Origin: Patescibacteria group bacterium
GTDB taxonomy: Bacteria; Patescibacteriota; Patescibacteriia; 2-01-FULL-39-33
DNA: 64,000 bases
NCBI GenBank assembly: GCA_041671305.1
Contig: JBAZBX010000001.1
Location: 40,821 to 104,820 of the forward strand
Direction of reading: 5' to 3'
The translations under genes were made by a program, and so were the position numbers. Below are positions 55,006 to 64,000 of the stretch, piece by piece (within the stretch, counting starts at the first letter, position 1; each line of letters begins with the position of its first letter). The notes beneath the pieces were generated by a model. The model was not told the origin of the DNA, searched no databases, and saw only the letters and a list, made by a program, of their open reading frames with translations.

Positions 55006-57504
55006 TTATTTACTTTTTGATAATTTTTTAATTATAGCTTGAAACTGGTTTCCTTTTTCTTCAAAATTTTTCCATAAGCTATAACTGGGCGAAGCCGTGG
55101 AAAGCAGGCATATCTCCCCCGCCTTGGTACTTACATAAGCGAATTTAACCGCCTCAGCCATGCTATCCGTAGACAAAATATTTAGTTTATTTTTTTGTTT
55201 GAATATCCTCTGACCACTATCCGGGAACAGCACCACATTCTTTATTCCGGATTTGATAATTATACCTTCTAATTCTTTAAAATCATATCCTCTATCTTCA
55301 CCGCCGAGAAAAATTGTGCCGACTCTCGGCAAAGATTTAATGGCCATTATGGTTGATTCCGGCGTAGTGGAAATGGCGTCATCATAAAATTTGATTTCGT
55401 TATATTCTCCCACAAATTCCAAACGATGCGACAATGGCCGAAAAGTCTTGATCGCTTTTTTTATTATCACATCTGAAATGCCCAAAATTTTTACTGCTTT
55501 AACGGCGGCTAGGATATTGTCTTGATTATGCTTGCCCAAAAGAACTGTCTCATAATTCGCTCTACCATTATTATAAGCAAAAATTTGAGCAATGGATTCT
55601 TTCGCCCATAATTTCAAACCGGCAAACTTGGAATTATAAATAAAATAATCAGACGGACTTTGATACTTGATAATATTTCTCTTGGCATCATGGTACTTTT
55701 CTACTCCACCATGATAAGTCATGTGATCGGCGTATAAATTCAAAACCACAGCAATATTGGGTGAGTATTCTATGTCATCCAATTGATAAGAGGATAATTC
55801 CAAAACAAAAATTTCTTTCGGATTAATCGGTTTCATCAGAACCTCCAACATGGGATTGCCAATATTACCCAACAAACGGACTTTCTTGCCGGCGGTCTTC
55901 AAAATATGATAAATGAGCGACGCGGTGGTTGATTTACCTTTGGTACCAGTAACCCCGATAGTGAAATTGCTGATTTGTGACAGAAAAATATTGGTAGCCG
56001 TGGTATAAGGAATGGTTAATTTTTCTTTGGTGAGTCCCGGGGTTCTGATGGCAAAATCATAATCTTTCTGCTTTTCTAAATAATCTTTACCCTGCTTTTG
56101 ATCCGCGATACCGATATTTAACCATGGATATTTCTTCGCCAAATACTGTTTGGTTATTTTTCCTTCATTTTCATAACCCATAATTAAAATATTCTTCAGT
56201 CCCAACAGTCTCTGTGAAACTGGCATATTTTTTACGTCCTGAAATTTCAATAATTCTTCTAGTTTCCCAGACTGAACAATTTTTGTGTTCAGATTTTTTA
56301 TAACATAATCAGACTTAAATTTGGGACTAGCCAAACGCATCGCCAACTTTATTTCCTCAAAAGTGCCCACACATTCAAACGGCTTCATCTTCCCCTCTCC
56401 AATCAAATCTTGATATAGGGGCAAAAGCAACTCGTCCGCATATAAATTCTTGCCAAATATTTTGATAACTTTATCCTTTGGCAGATATGCCGACAAAAGC
56501 GCAAAAACAAAGGCGCATTTCGGGCACTCTCCACACCACAATGTTTTCTGGCGTTCCTTGTTCGCTTTAAAATTTAAATTACAACTGGAGAATAAATGAT
56601 GGTATTTCTTATGCTGAGCAAACATCTGAGCTATGCGAATTTCGTAATATGGACGAAGCAAAGAATAATACTGAATATCCGGCGTGATAAATTTCCGGCA
56701 ATAATTTTGAAACAACTGTTCAAATTCCAAGGACTTGCTCCACTGGTGATTAATTTCCAATCCTTTGTATTTAATATTGCCAAAATTACTAGAATACTCA
56801 TTACCCACAACTACCTCGCCATAATCATATAATACTGCGCCCAAAAGTCCCATAAACGCGACTATAGCGCTAAAGGGAACATGACCATTATAAGCCTCAG
56901 GAAAAGTTTGAAATATCTTCGGATCTAATTTACGAATAATTGCCAGTTTGTCCGTACCGAGAGCTTTTATGGTTTTATCAATAATCGGCGAACCTTTTTC
57001 CGTTTCCATCACAAAAGAAGAAAACTTTTGTCCGGCTCGCTTCATGAGTTCTGCCACCACTATTGAATCCTTTCCTCCTCCGATGCCAACCAACGCCCTT
57101 TTCTGCCTCGGATATTTAATTGCCTGCGCCTGCGCTTTATTGTCGCTGGCAAAAACCGGAGAATTATTCGGATCCAAGTGATTGCGATAATAAAATTCTC
57201 CCAATCCCTTTTTGTAAACAATACCAAAAAATTCTGCCTGTTCTGATGTTAATTTGTACGGATGTATAACCTTCTTCGGGCAATATAATTTGTAATAGCT
57301 CAACCCCAAAATCAAGTGTAGAGAAGACAATAAATTCTTGAGTAATGGCTGAGGTACTGACTGAGGCGTCTTTGGTAGAATAATAGTTTCCGTAAACAAT
57401 AGTGGTTTGCCACTGAAAAAATTAATTTGGTAATTAAAATAAACCCGCCTTTGCGCCGGCTTAAATTGGTATGAGACAAATTCAAAACTTTTGGGTTTGG
57501 TCAT
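55006..57504 (-). CDS. murD: Fusion of MurL-like epimerase (N-terminal) and MurD ligase (C-terminal)
   Basis: GGGKDS, NGHVP, NHQWSKS, WCGECPKC, KPFECVG, then GVTGTKGKSTT, ELSSYQL, FEEKG. Confidence 0.88.
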   Translation of the reverse strand: MTKPKSFEFVSYQFKPAQRRVYFNYQINFFSGKPLLFTETIILPKTPQSVPQPLLKNLLSSLHLILGLSYYKLYCPKKVIHPYKLTSEQAEFFGIVYKKGLGEFYYRNHLDPNNSPVFASDNKAQAQAIKYPRQKRALVGIGGGKDSIVVAELMKRAGQKFSSFVMETEKGSPIIDKTIKALGTDKLAIIRKLDPKIFQTFPEAYNGHVPFSAIVAFMGLLGAVLYDYGEVVVGNEYSSNFGNIKYKGLEINHQWSKSLEFEQLFQNYCRKFITPDIQYYSLLRPYYEIRIAQMFAQHKKYHHLFSSCNLNFKANKERQKTLWCGECPKCAFVFALLSAYLPKDKVIKIFGKNLYADELLLPLYQDLIGEGKMKPFECVGTFEEIKLAMRLASPKFKSDYVIKNLNTKIVQSGKLEELLKFQDVKNMPVSQRLLGLKNILIMGYENEGKITKQYLAKKYPWLNIGIADQKQGKDYLEKQKDYDFAIRTPGLTKEKLTIPYTTATNIFLSQISNFTIGVTGTKGKSTTASLIYHILKTAGKKVRLLGNIGNPMLEVLMKPINPKEIFVLELSSYQLDDIEYSPNIAVVLNLYADHMTYHGGVEKYHDAKRNIIKYQSPSDYFIYNSKFAGLKLWAKESIAQIFAYNNGRANYETVLLGKHNQDNILAAVKAVKILGISDVIIKKAIKTFRPLSHRLEFVGEYNEIKFYDDAISTTPESTIMAIKSLPRVGTIFLGGEDRGYDFKELEGIIIKSGIKNVVLFPDSGQRIFKQKNKLNILSTDSMAEAVKFAYVSTKAGEICLLSTASPSYSLWKNFEEKGNQFQAIIKKLSKSK

Positions 57505-57543
57505 TTTGTCTTTTAATTCTTAATTGCCCATTCTTAATTAATC

Positions 57544-58599
57544 CTAGTGCCACCCTCCCCTATCCATTAGAAAAATTACCAAGCCAATAACGGAAGTCAT
57601 GGCAGAAATGACCCAAAAACGCATGACCACTTTGGCTTCCGGCCAGCCTTTGGCTTCAAAATGATGATGAATCGGAGTAGAGAGAAAAACCTTTTTGCCT
57701 TTACGTAATTTTTTGGAAATCACTTGGATGATGACCGAGCCGGATTCCACCACAAACATAAATCCAATTATGGGCAAAAGTAAAATGGAATTAGTGAGAA
57801 TGGCGATAATCGCCAGTGTCACACCAAGAGCCATCGCTCCGGTATCGCCCATAAAAAACCTGGCCGGCGTAATATTGAACCACAAGAAAGCAAGAAGCGC
57901 GCCAATTATAACTGCACAGAATGTAGCTAGATCATATTTGCCTTGAGCAAAAGCTATAGCGCCGAAGGACGCAAACGCGGCCAAAAGCGTCCCGCCAGAC
58001 AAACCGTCAAGTCCGTCAATTTCATTGACCGAGAAAGCCGTGCCTACGATGACAAAAATTACAAAAGGAATAAACCACCAGCCAATTTCAAAATTTCCCA
58101 CAAAAGGAATTCTGACTATATCCCAATCCAACCGGAAATAAAACCACAGTGCCGCGATAACCGCTATGGTCGTATACACCGCCAACCTATACTTTACTGA
58201 CAGACCTCCACCATAAAGACCAATTTTTCTGACATTGAGATAATCATCAAAAAGTCCTACGATGGCGGCGGCAATTAAAGCGCCCAAAGGAAGCAAGGTC
58301 TGCGGTCTGGTTAGAAAATTCAAATCCGTAAAAACATGATCAAACCACTTGCCAAAATAAAAGAAAAAAACTGACATCAGAAGCACGGTCAGCCAAATAA
58401 GAATTCCGCCCATGGTCGGCGTGCCCGATTTTTTCTGATGGAGAGAGAAAAAAATAGGAGCCTTGTCCGAAGTCCTTATCTGTTTTCCTAATTTATATTT
58501 ATACAAAAAATGCGTCAGGATGGGCGTCATAGCAAAAGCAATCGCAAAAGAAAGAAAAGCGAGCAAAAAAATCCTCATGACGGCGAAGTTTAAGTCCAT
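57544..58599 (-). CDS. mraY: Phospho-MurNAc-pentapeptide transferase
   Basis: GTPTMGG, DGLDGL, FMGDTG, PIHHHFE. Confidence 0.97.
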   Translation of the reverse strand: MDLNFAVMRIFLLAFLSFAIAFAMTPILTHFLYKYKLGKQIRTSDKAPIFFSLHQKKSGTPTMGGILIWLTVLLMSVFFFYFGKWFDHVFTDLNFLTRPQTLLPLGALIAAAIVGLFDDYLNVRKIGLYGGGLSVKYRLAVYTTIAVIAALWFYFRLDWDIVRIPFVGNFEIGWWFIPFVIFVIVGTAFSVNEIDGLDGLSGGTLLAAFASFGAIAFAQGKYDLATFCAVIIGALLAFLWFNITPARFFMGDTGAMALGVTLAIIAILTNSILLLPIIGFMFVVESGSVIIQVISKKLRKGKKVFLSTPIHHHFEAKGWPEAKVVMRFWVISAMTSVIGLVIFLMDRGGWH

Positions 58600-58601
58600 A
58601 T

Positions 58602-58976
58602 TTAGAGATTTATATATATTAGAAGGAAGCAGGCTAAAGCCAAAATTAAATTAAAAATCAAAGCTGAAACTGACAAAAAATGGCTCAACGCCTGTTTTTT
58701 CAAATAAAAGTAAAAAGACAACAAGAAGTTTACACCGATAACAAGCAATCCCAAAAATGGCGGAATTAAAATCTTGTACCAAATATCCAAATCACTGATT
58801 CCGAAATATACATTATAATGCAAGATTATATACTCTGGGGCGCTAAAAAATTTGACCAAATAAGCCGCCCAAACGGCTATATTGATTATTAATGCTAAAA
58901 TTAGGCTAATTAGAATAATCCTATCCCTTTTGGCCGGACTAGTGGTGATTAATTCCCTAAATTTGAAAAAAATCAT
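58602..58976 (-). CDS. Membrane protein, hypothetical
   Basis: Three TMs, ILHYNVYFG motif. Confidence 0.7.
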   Translation of the reverse strand: MIFFKFRELITTSPAKRDRIILISLILALIINIAVWAAYLVKFFSAPEYIILHYNVYFGISDLDIWYKILIPPFLGLLVIGVNFLLSFYFYLKKQALSHFLSVSALIFNLILALACFLLIYINL

Positions 58977-59132
58977 ATTGTTGATAAATGTTTAAATATA
59001 TTATAAATGTTTTTAGCATTTTCTTCAACTATTGACATTTTTTGATATTTATGTTAATCTCAAAAGTTGACTTTTCATTCCAACTGTTAATTACTTAATT
59101 TAATATAAATATTATCTAAATTTACAAATTAT

Positions 59133-59900
59133 ATGCATAAAGATTCTGCCATAAATACTAGAAATATATTGACTATTATATTCATAGCCATCTTGGTTAT
59201 GGGTATAACTTTGGGAACTAGCATTTTTATAACTCCCAAATACAAAGCCACTTCCAAATTAATCGTTGTTTTTAACCAGGGCAATATTGATGCTTATACC
59301 GCCTCCAAAAACTCCAGTTACATCACCAGCATTTTGGCCGAAGTAGTATACTCCAATTCATTTATTGGAGATGTCTTGACCAATAATTATAATCTCAAAG
59401 ATAATCTGGGCATGACCAATGAAGCCAGACAGAAATCTTGGAAAAAAATGATTAAAATTTCCACTCTTGATGCGCAAGGCATAATCATCGTTGATTCTTA
59501 CAACAACGACAAATATCAGGCTTATCAGTTCGCTCAATCCGTGAGCGCCGTACTTATGAGCAGTCATGGCCAGTATGATGGATTCGGCGACAAGGTTATT
59601 ATCAAGCAAATTGATAATTCCAGCTTAAGCGACAACTGGTATCCTTTGCAAATAATCAAAAACACTATCTTGGGATTTTTGGCCGGATTGTTTTTGGGCA
59701 TTACTTTCATTGTAATTTTTCCTCAACAGCAAATATTTAAAATCTTCTCGTTTAATCTTGATAGAATCAGAGAAAATGAAACTATCGGACTTGAGCAGTA
59801 TAATTACAATAGCAACATCCAGCCATACAGCGCAGATTGGATGAATTATAATCAGTCTCAACCAAAAGAACAGGATCAAGAATCAAATCGGGATTCCTAA
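59133..59900 (+). CDS. Wzz/CapA-like polysaccharide chain-length regulator
   Basis: Two TMs, TPKYKATS motif. Confidence 0.75.
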   Translation: MHKDSAINTRNILTIIFIAILVMGITLGTSIFITPKYKATSKLIVVFNQGNIDAYTASKNSSYITSILAEVVYSNSFIGDVLTNNYNLKDNLGMTNEARQKSWKKMIKISTLDAQGIIIVDSYNNDKYQAYQFAQSVSAVLMSSHGQYDGFGDKVIIKQIDNSSLSDNWYPLQIIKNTILGFLAGLFLGITFIVIFPQQQIFKIFSFNLDRIRENETIGLEQYNYNSNIQPYSADWMNYNQSQPKEQDQESNRDS

Positions 59901-59912
59901 ATTGCAAATTCC

Positions 59913-61412
59913 ATGAATATACTACGCAGCACAATGATTGGCCCGAATGAGTCAGTCAATTCTTTGAGCAAGCAAGCGGTAATCGCCTTTATTTATCTGG
60001 CCATTATTACTGTGCTGTATTTGTATTTCGGACTTTCACTTCCTCTTTATCTTCTCTTCATCCTGATGTCGGCCATATTTATCATGCCGTCATCCTATTA
60101 TCTTGGCCTGTCCCTGATGGTGGTTCTAACCATGGTTTTTGAAAAATTCTTTACCTTGGAATCGCTTACTATCGGCAGAGAAATTTATAAATTATATCCG
60201 ATAGACATAATTATGGCTTTTACTATTCTGGCTCTATTTATAGCAGTCAGAATAAACAAAGAAAAAATAAAATGGCTTTTTGGGTGGCCGGAAAAATTAT
60301 TGGTATTTTTCCTCTTTTTGGTAGCCGCTTATCTGATCAGATCCTTCTTTGATATTAATGCCAACTTCGCTTCCGCCTTCTCCTCATTCAAAAATTATTT
60401 TTGGTACCCGCTCATATACTTTATGGTTATCTATGCCATACAAACGCCACAGAGACTCAAAAATTTTGTCCACATCATGTTGCTTTGCGGAATAGGTATC
60501 ATCGGATTTCTAGCTTACGGTATTATAAACGGCCAGGGTCTTTGGACAGAATTTACTCCCCTATCTACCTCCGGTATTAGAATCTTGGCGGGCACTCATG
60601 CTTTTTATCTTTGCATCACTTTTGTCATTGCGCTGAGCCTACTTACATTTGAAAGATTTCAAAACAAAAATTTTACCCAAGCCATACTTTGGATTTGGGC
60701 CATAGGAATTATCGGTTCCATGATGAGACATCTATGGCTAGGTTTTGGCGTAGGATTGATAATTCTATTTGCCTTCCTACCCAAAAAAAATAAGAAAAAC
60801 TTGATAAGCTATGGCGCAAAAAATATATTAATCGCCTTAACTGTAATCTTATTGATAATTCTATTATCTAGTGTAATTGTCACCGGCGGATCTACTTCTG
60901 GAAATGATCAATTTTTTACCAGTTTGCAAAATCGTGCCGTATCATTTCTCAATACCAGCGATGACACCAGTGCCACTTGGAGACTTGATCTGTGGCGTGA
61001 TGCCAAAAACAAATGGCTAGACAACCCTTTATGGGGCGTAGGCTATGGAAAAACTTTATCACTAGAGACATTTGACTGGCACACCTATGAGGAAATCAGA
61101 AACTTGCATAATTCTCCTTTGGCTATCGCCGTACAGATGGGCGCTTTGGGACTAGTGGCTTTCTTGATATTCTGTGTCGGCGTGCTAGTATCCAGTTTCA
61201 AATACATCTACAAAGATCCGGAACTAACTCCGTATTATATTGGAATTATTGCCGCCATTGCCATTATGGGTTTTGCCAGTTTATTCCAGCCGTATCTGGA
61301 AGCCAACTTTACGGGAATCTTTTTGTGGCTAATGCTAGGATTACTAGGAACCAGCAGAATAATTAATTCTTCAAAAGATAAGGAATTAGAAACAGATCAA
61401 AAGACAAATTAA
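59913..61412 (+). CDS. O-antigen ligase / Wzy family protein
   Basis: Multi-TM, R..W, PLWGVGYG, HNS. Confidence 0.85.
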   Translation: MNILRSTMIGPNESVNSLSKQAVIAFIYLAIITVLYLYFGLSLPLYLLFILMSAIFIMPSSYYLGLSLMVVLTMVFEKFFTLESLTIGREIYKLYPIDIIMAFTILALFIAVRINKEKIKWLFGWPEKLLVFFLFLVAAYLIRSFFDINANFASAFSSFKNYFWYPLIYFMVIYAIQTPQRLKNFVHIMLLCGIGIIGFLAYGIINGQGLWTEFTPLSTSGIRILAGTHAFYLCITFVIALSLLTFERFQNKNFTQAILWIWAIGIIGSMMRHLWLGFGVGLIILFAFLPKKNKKNLISYGAKNILIALTVILLIILLSSVIVTGGSTSGNDQFFTSLQNRAVSFLNTSDDTSATWRLDLWRDAKNKWLDNPLWGVGYGKTLSLETFDWHTYEEIRNLHNSPLAIAVQMGALGLVAFLIFCVGVLVSSFKYIYKDPELTPYYIGIIAAIAIMGFASLFQPYLEANFTGIFLWLMLGLLGTSRIINSSKDKELETDQKTN

Positions 61413-61416
61413 TCAT

Positions 61417-62595
61417 ATGAAAATACTTCAAATTAATAAATTTCTTTATCCGCATGGCGGAGCAGAAACTTATCTTCTCAACCTAAGCCGTCTTCTTGAG
61501 CAAAACGGCCATGAGGTGATTTATTTTTCACAAAAAATTTCCAAAAATATTCCTTGTTCTCAAGAAAAATATTTTTTATCTAATTTGGAACTGGATAAAT
61601 TCCACTGGAAGACTCTTTGGAGATTGGGAAGAATTTTCTGGTCCTTTGAAGCCAGCAGAAAAATTAAAAAGTTAATTGACCAGGAAAAGCCGGACATAGT
61701 TCACATCCACAATATCTATCATCAAATTTCACCTTCTATCTTGCATGTGATTAAACGCGCCGGCATACCAATTGTGATGACCGCTCATGATTACAAATTA
61801 ATCAGACCGGATTACATCTTGCGAGCAGACGGCAAAAAGGTAAAGCCCAAGGACTCCACTCTGGTACAAATTCTTTTGTCAGCTGAATTTTATTTCCATA
61901 GAATAATTAATGTCTATTCCAAAAATATAAAACTATTCCTTACGCCTTCAAAATTTTTGAAAGATAAATTAATAAAAAAGGATTATTTGTCTGTGGAAGC
62001 TGTCCCATTATTCATTGATTTGGCCGATTACCCGGAATTTGAGACTGACCGAATCAGTCCATATATCATTTTTTTCGGAAGACTACATGAAAGCAAAGGC
62101 GCTGACGTTTTGATTAATGCTCTAGCCAAAGTACGTAATAAAGATATAAAATTAAAGTTAGCAGGAGCCGGACCGGAAGAAGACGGTTTGAAAGCCTTAG
62201 CTGACGAACTGAAAATATCCGATCGCGTAGAATTTACGGGACATAAAAGCAAAAAAGAGCTGATAGAGCTTATCGGCAAAAGCATGTTTGCCGTGGTGCC
62301 ATCAAGATTTCATGAAACCTTCGGGCTAAGCGTTTTGGAGAGTTTTGCCTGTGGCAAACCGGTTATTGCCACGAGAGCTGGCGCCGTTCCAGAACTGATA
62401 AATGAGAACAACGGCATATTGTTTGAAGTGGATAATGTGAAAGAATTGTCACTTGCCATAGACAAAATATTGGACGATCCCATCCTGTTGGAAAAAATGT
62501 CTCAAGAAGGCAAAAAGACTGCTCAAGAATTTTCACCCGAAAAGCATTACCAGAAAATAAACGAAATATATAATGAAGCTGTCAGAAATAAATAA
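61417..62595 (+). CDS. GT4 glycosyltransferase
   Basis: GGAE, HNIYHQ, ETFGLSVLE. Confidence 0.92.
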   Translation: MKILQINKFLYPHGGAETYLLNLSRLLEQNGHEVIYFSQKISKNIPCSQEKYFLSNLELDKFHWKTLWRLGRIFWSFEASRKIKKLIDQEKPDIVHIHNIYHQISPSILHVIKRAGIPIVMTAHDYKLIRPDYILRADGKKVKPKDSTLVQILLSAEFYFHRIINVYSKNIKLFLTPSKFLKDKLIKKDYLSVEAVPLFIDLADYPEFETDRISPYIIFFGRLHESKGADVLINALAKVRNKDIKLKLAGAGPEEDGLKALADELKISDRVEFTGHKSKKELIELIGKSMFAVVPSRFHETFGLSVLESFACGKPVIATRAGAVPELINENNGILFEVDNVKELSLAIDKILDDPILLEKMSQEGKKTAQEFSPEKHYQKINEIYNEAVRNK

Positions 62596-64000
62596 AAAAG
62601 AGTGGTTTAGAATTATTCTCCTGATAATCATTTTTATAGGAGCGATAATTTATTTCCTTCATCCTACTCTATTTGTTGAACCGGGATTGTCTTATAATGC
62701 TCCAACTCATGACTATCCTCGTATTGCTAATTTGTATTGGAAAGCTCCCATTACCACAGCCACTGCCGAGGAATTATCCAAGTGGGATTTATTGGTACTG
62801 GATCTCTCGGCGCAAAATGAAAGCGCCGAAGCCATCAGATATTTGCGCAAATTGAATCCAAATATAATTATCCTGGCATACGCTTCAGCTACTGAAGAGC
62901 CCAAAGAGAGACTTTCCATCAGGGAACCAAAGGGCGTGGGAGTTTGGTGCGATTTGACTTCGGGCATAAAATCTCAGTGGCAACTCAAAACCTGCCAGGG
63001 ACAAGATATTTCTTGGTGGCCGGGCAACACCTCTCTTAACCTCTGCGCCAAAGATGAAAACAATAGAACTTACGCTGATTATTTGTCTCAATTTTTGAAT
63101 GACAAAGTTTTGAGTACGGGATTGTGGGATGGAATTATTTTTGATACCACCTGGGATGAGATTGCTTGGAAAAACAACAACATAGATATTGACGGCGACG
63201 GACGCAAAGACAGTGTAGAAAAAATAAATTCCATGTGGCGATCGTGCCATAATAATTTTTTTGACCAACTTCGCAAAAAAGCCGGATCCAAATATTTATT
63301 GCTAAGCAATGGCAATGGATCATATTCCAGCAAGCTCAACGGCCGAATGTTTGAAGGCTTTCCGGAAATTTCAGAAGGCGCCTGGGTCGGCTCAGTTCAA
63401 AAATATGCTCAAACCAATAATAACGGACTGTCTCCTCGCATAAATATTATTAATTCCGATACCAATAACACCGGCAATAGTAAAAATTACCAAGCCATGA
63501 GACTGGGACTGGGAAGCGCCTTGCTATACAACGGTTATTTCAGTTTTGATTATGGCACACAGCTTAGAGAACAATTATGGTATTATGATGAATATGACGC
63601 CAATCTGGGACAACCCAAAAGCCAGCCTTTTAATTTATTGGATCAGAATAATTCCACAATCAAAGAAGGTCTCTGGCAAAGAGATTTTGCTAATGGCTTA
63701 GTGATAGTAAATGCTACCAGCAAGAAACAAAGCGTTAAATTTGACAGCGAATATGAAAAAATCCATGGCACTCAGGATACTATAATTAATGACGGTTCCA
63801 TTGTGGACTCTCTTTCCCTTAATCCCTGGGACTCCATCATATTACTTCGTCCCATAAATCAGATAGATAATCAGGTATTTGTTAATGGTTCTTTTGTCAG
63901 AGTTTTCAATAAATCAGGAGTAAATACCAGAACCGGTTTTTTCGCTTATAATTCCAAATTCCGAGGCGGAACCAAAATAATTTCTACCGACATAGATAAT
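62573..64000 (+). CDS. Membrane-anchored putative glycoside-hydrolase-like protein, runs off the window
   Basis: Start translated by hand: MKLSEINKKEWFRII...YPRIANLYW...KWDLLVLD; downstream WDGIIFD, WYYDEYD, WQRDF. Confidence 0.7.
   Translation, partial: MKLSEINKKEWFRIILLIIIFIGAIIYFLHPTLFVEPGLSYNAPTHDYPRIANLYWKAPITTATAEELSKWDLLVLDLSAQNESAEAIRYLRKLNPNIIILAYASATEEPKERLSIREPKGVGVWCDLTSGIKSQWQLKTCQGQDISWWPGNTSLNLCAKDENNRTYADYLSQFLNDKVLSTGLWDGIIFDTTWDEIAWKNNNIDIDGDGRKDSVEKINSMWRSCHNNFFDQLRKKAGSKYLLLSNGNGSYSSKLNGRMFEGFPEISEGAWVGSVQKYAQTNNNGLSPRINIINSDTNNTGNSKNYQAMRLGLGSALLYNGYFSFDYGTQLREQLWYYDEYDANLGQPKSQPFNLLDQNNSTIKEGLWQRDFANGLVIVNATSKKQSVKFDSEYEKIHGTQDTIINDGSIVDSLSLNPWDSIILLRPINQIDNQVFVNGSFVRVFNKSGVNTRTGFFAYNSKFRGGTKIISTDIDN

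Noticed and set aside
316-63339. Numerous short antisense or shifted-frame ORFs in the track (for example 10007-10603, 12729-13235, 23767-23964, 62885-63268)
   Set aside because: They shadow well-supported genes or repeats and have no independent support
1-64000. Alternative genetic code with TGA read-through
   Set aside because: Conserved genes are full length under code 11 and several ORFs end in TGA

Overview
Chromosomal window from an AT-rich bacterium using standard code 11. Gene content and mostly SD-less translation starts suggest Patescibacteria/CPR (Parcubacteria-like); this is an inference. It holds housekeeping genes (dnaX, cysS, dusB, secA, rplJ/rplL, mutM, two dcw blocks including a MurL-MurD fusion), metA, a cimA gene with an Ile attenuator, a nucleotide-sanitising cluster and the start of a polysaccharide locus. 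The main finding is a 3.2-kb serine-recombinase element (7775-11005) integrated at the 3' end of tRNA-Gln(CTG). Its non-coding leader (9243-9563) is built from exact reverse complements of distant parts of the element, including a complete inverted copy of its predicted attP junction. On paper these pairings abut at three four-way junctions, suggesting a folded ssDNA/RNA structure. Also seen: a remnant of an earlier related recombinase, two promoter-driven structured ncRNA candidates, a 178-bp repeat with compensatory changes, REP-like insertions, and several GC-richer orphan gene units with Shine-Dalgarno sites. Product calls come from motif recognition only; no searches were run.
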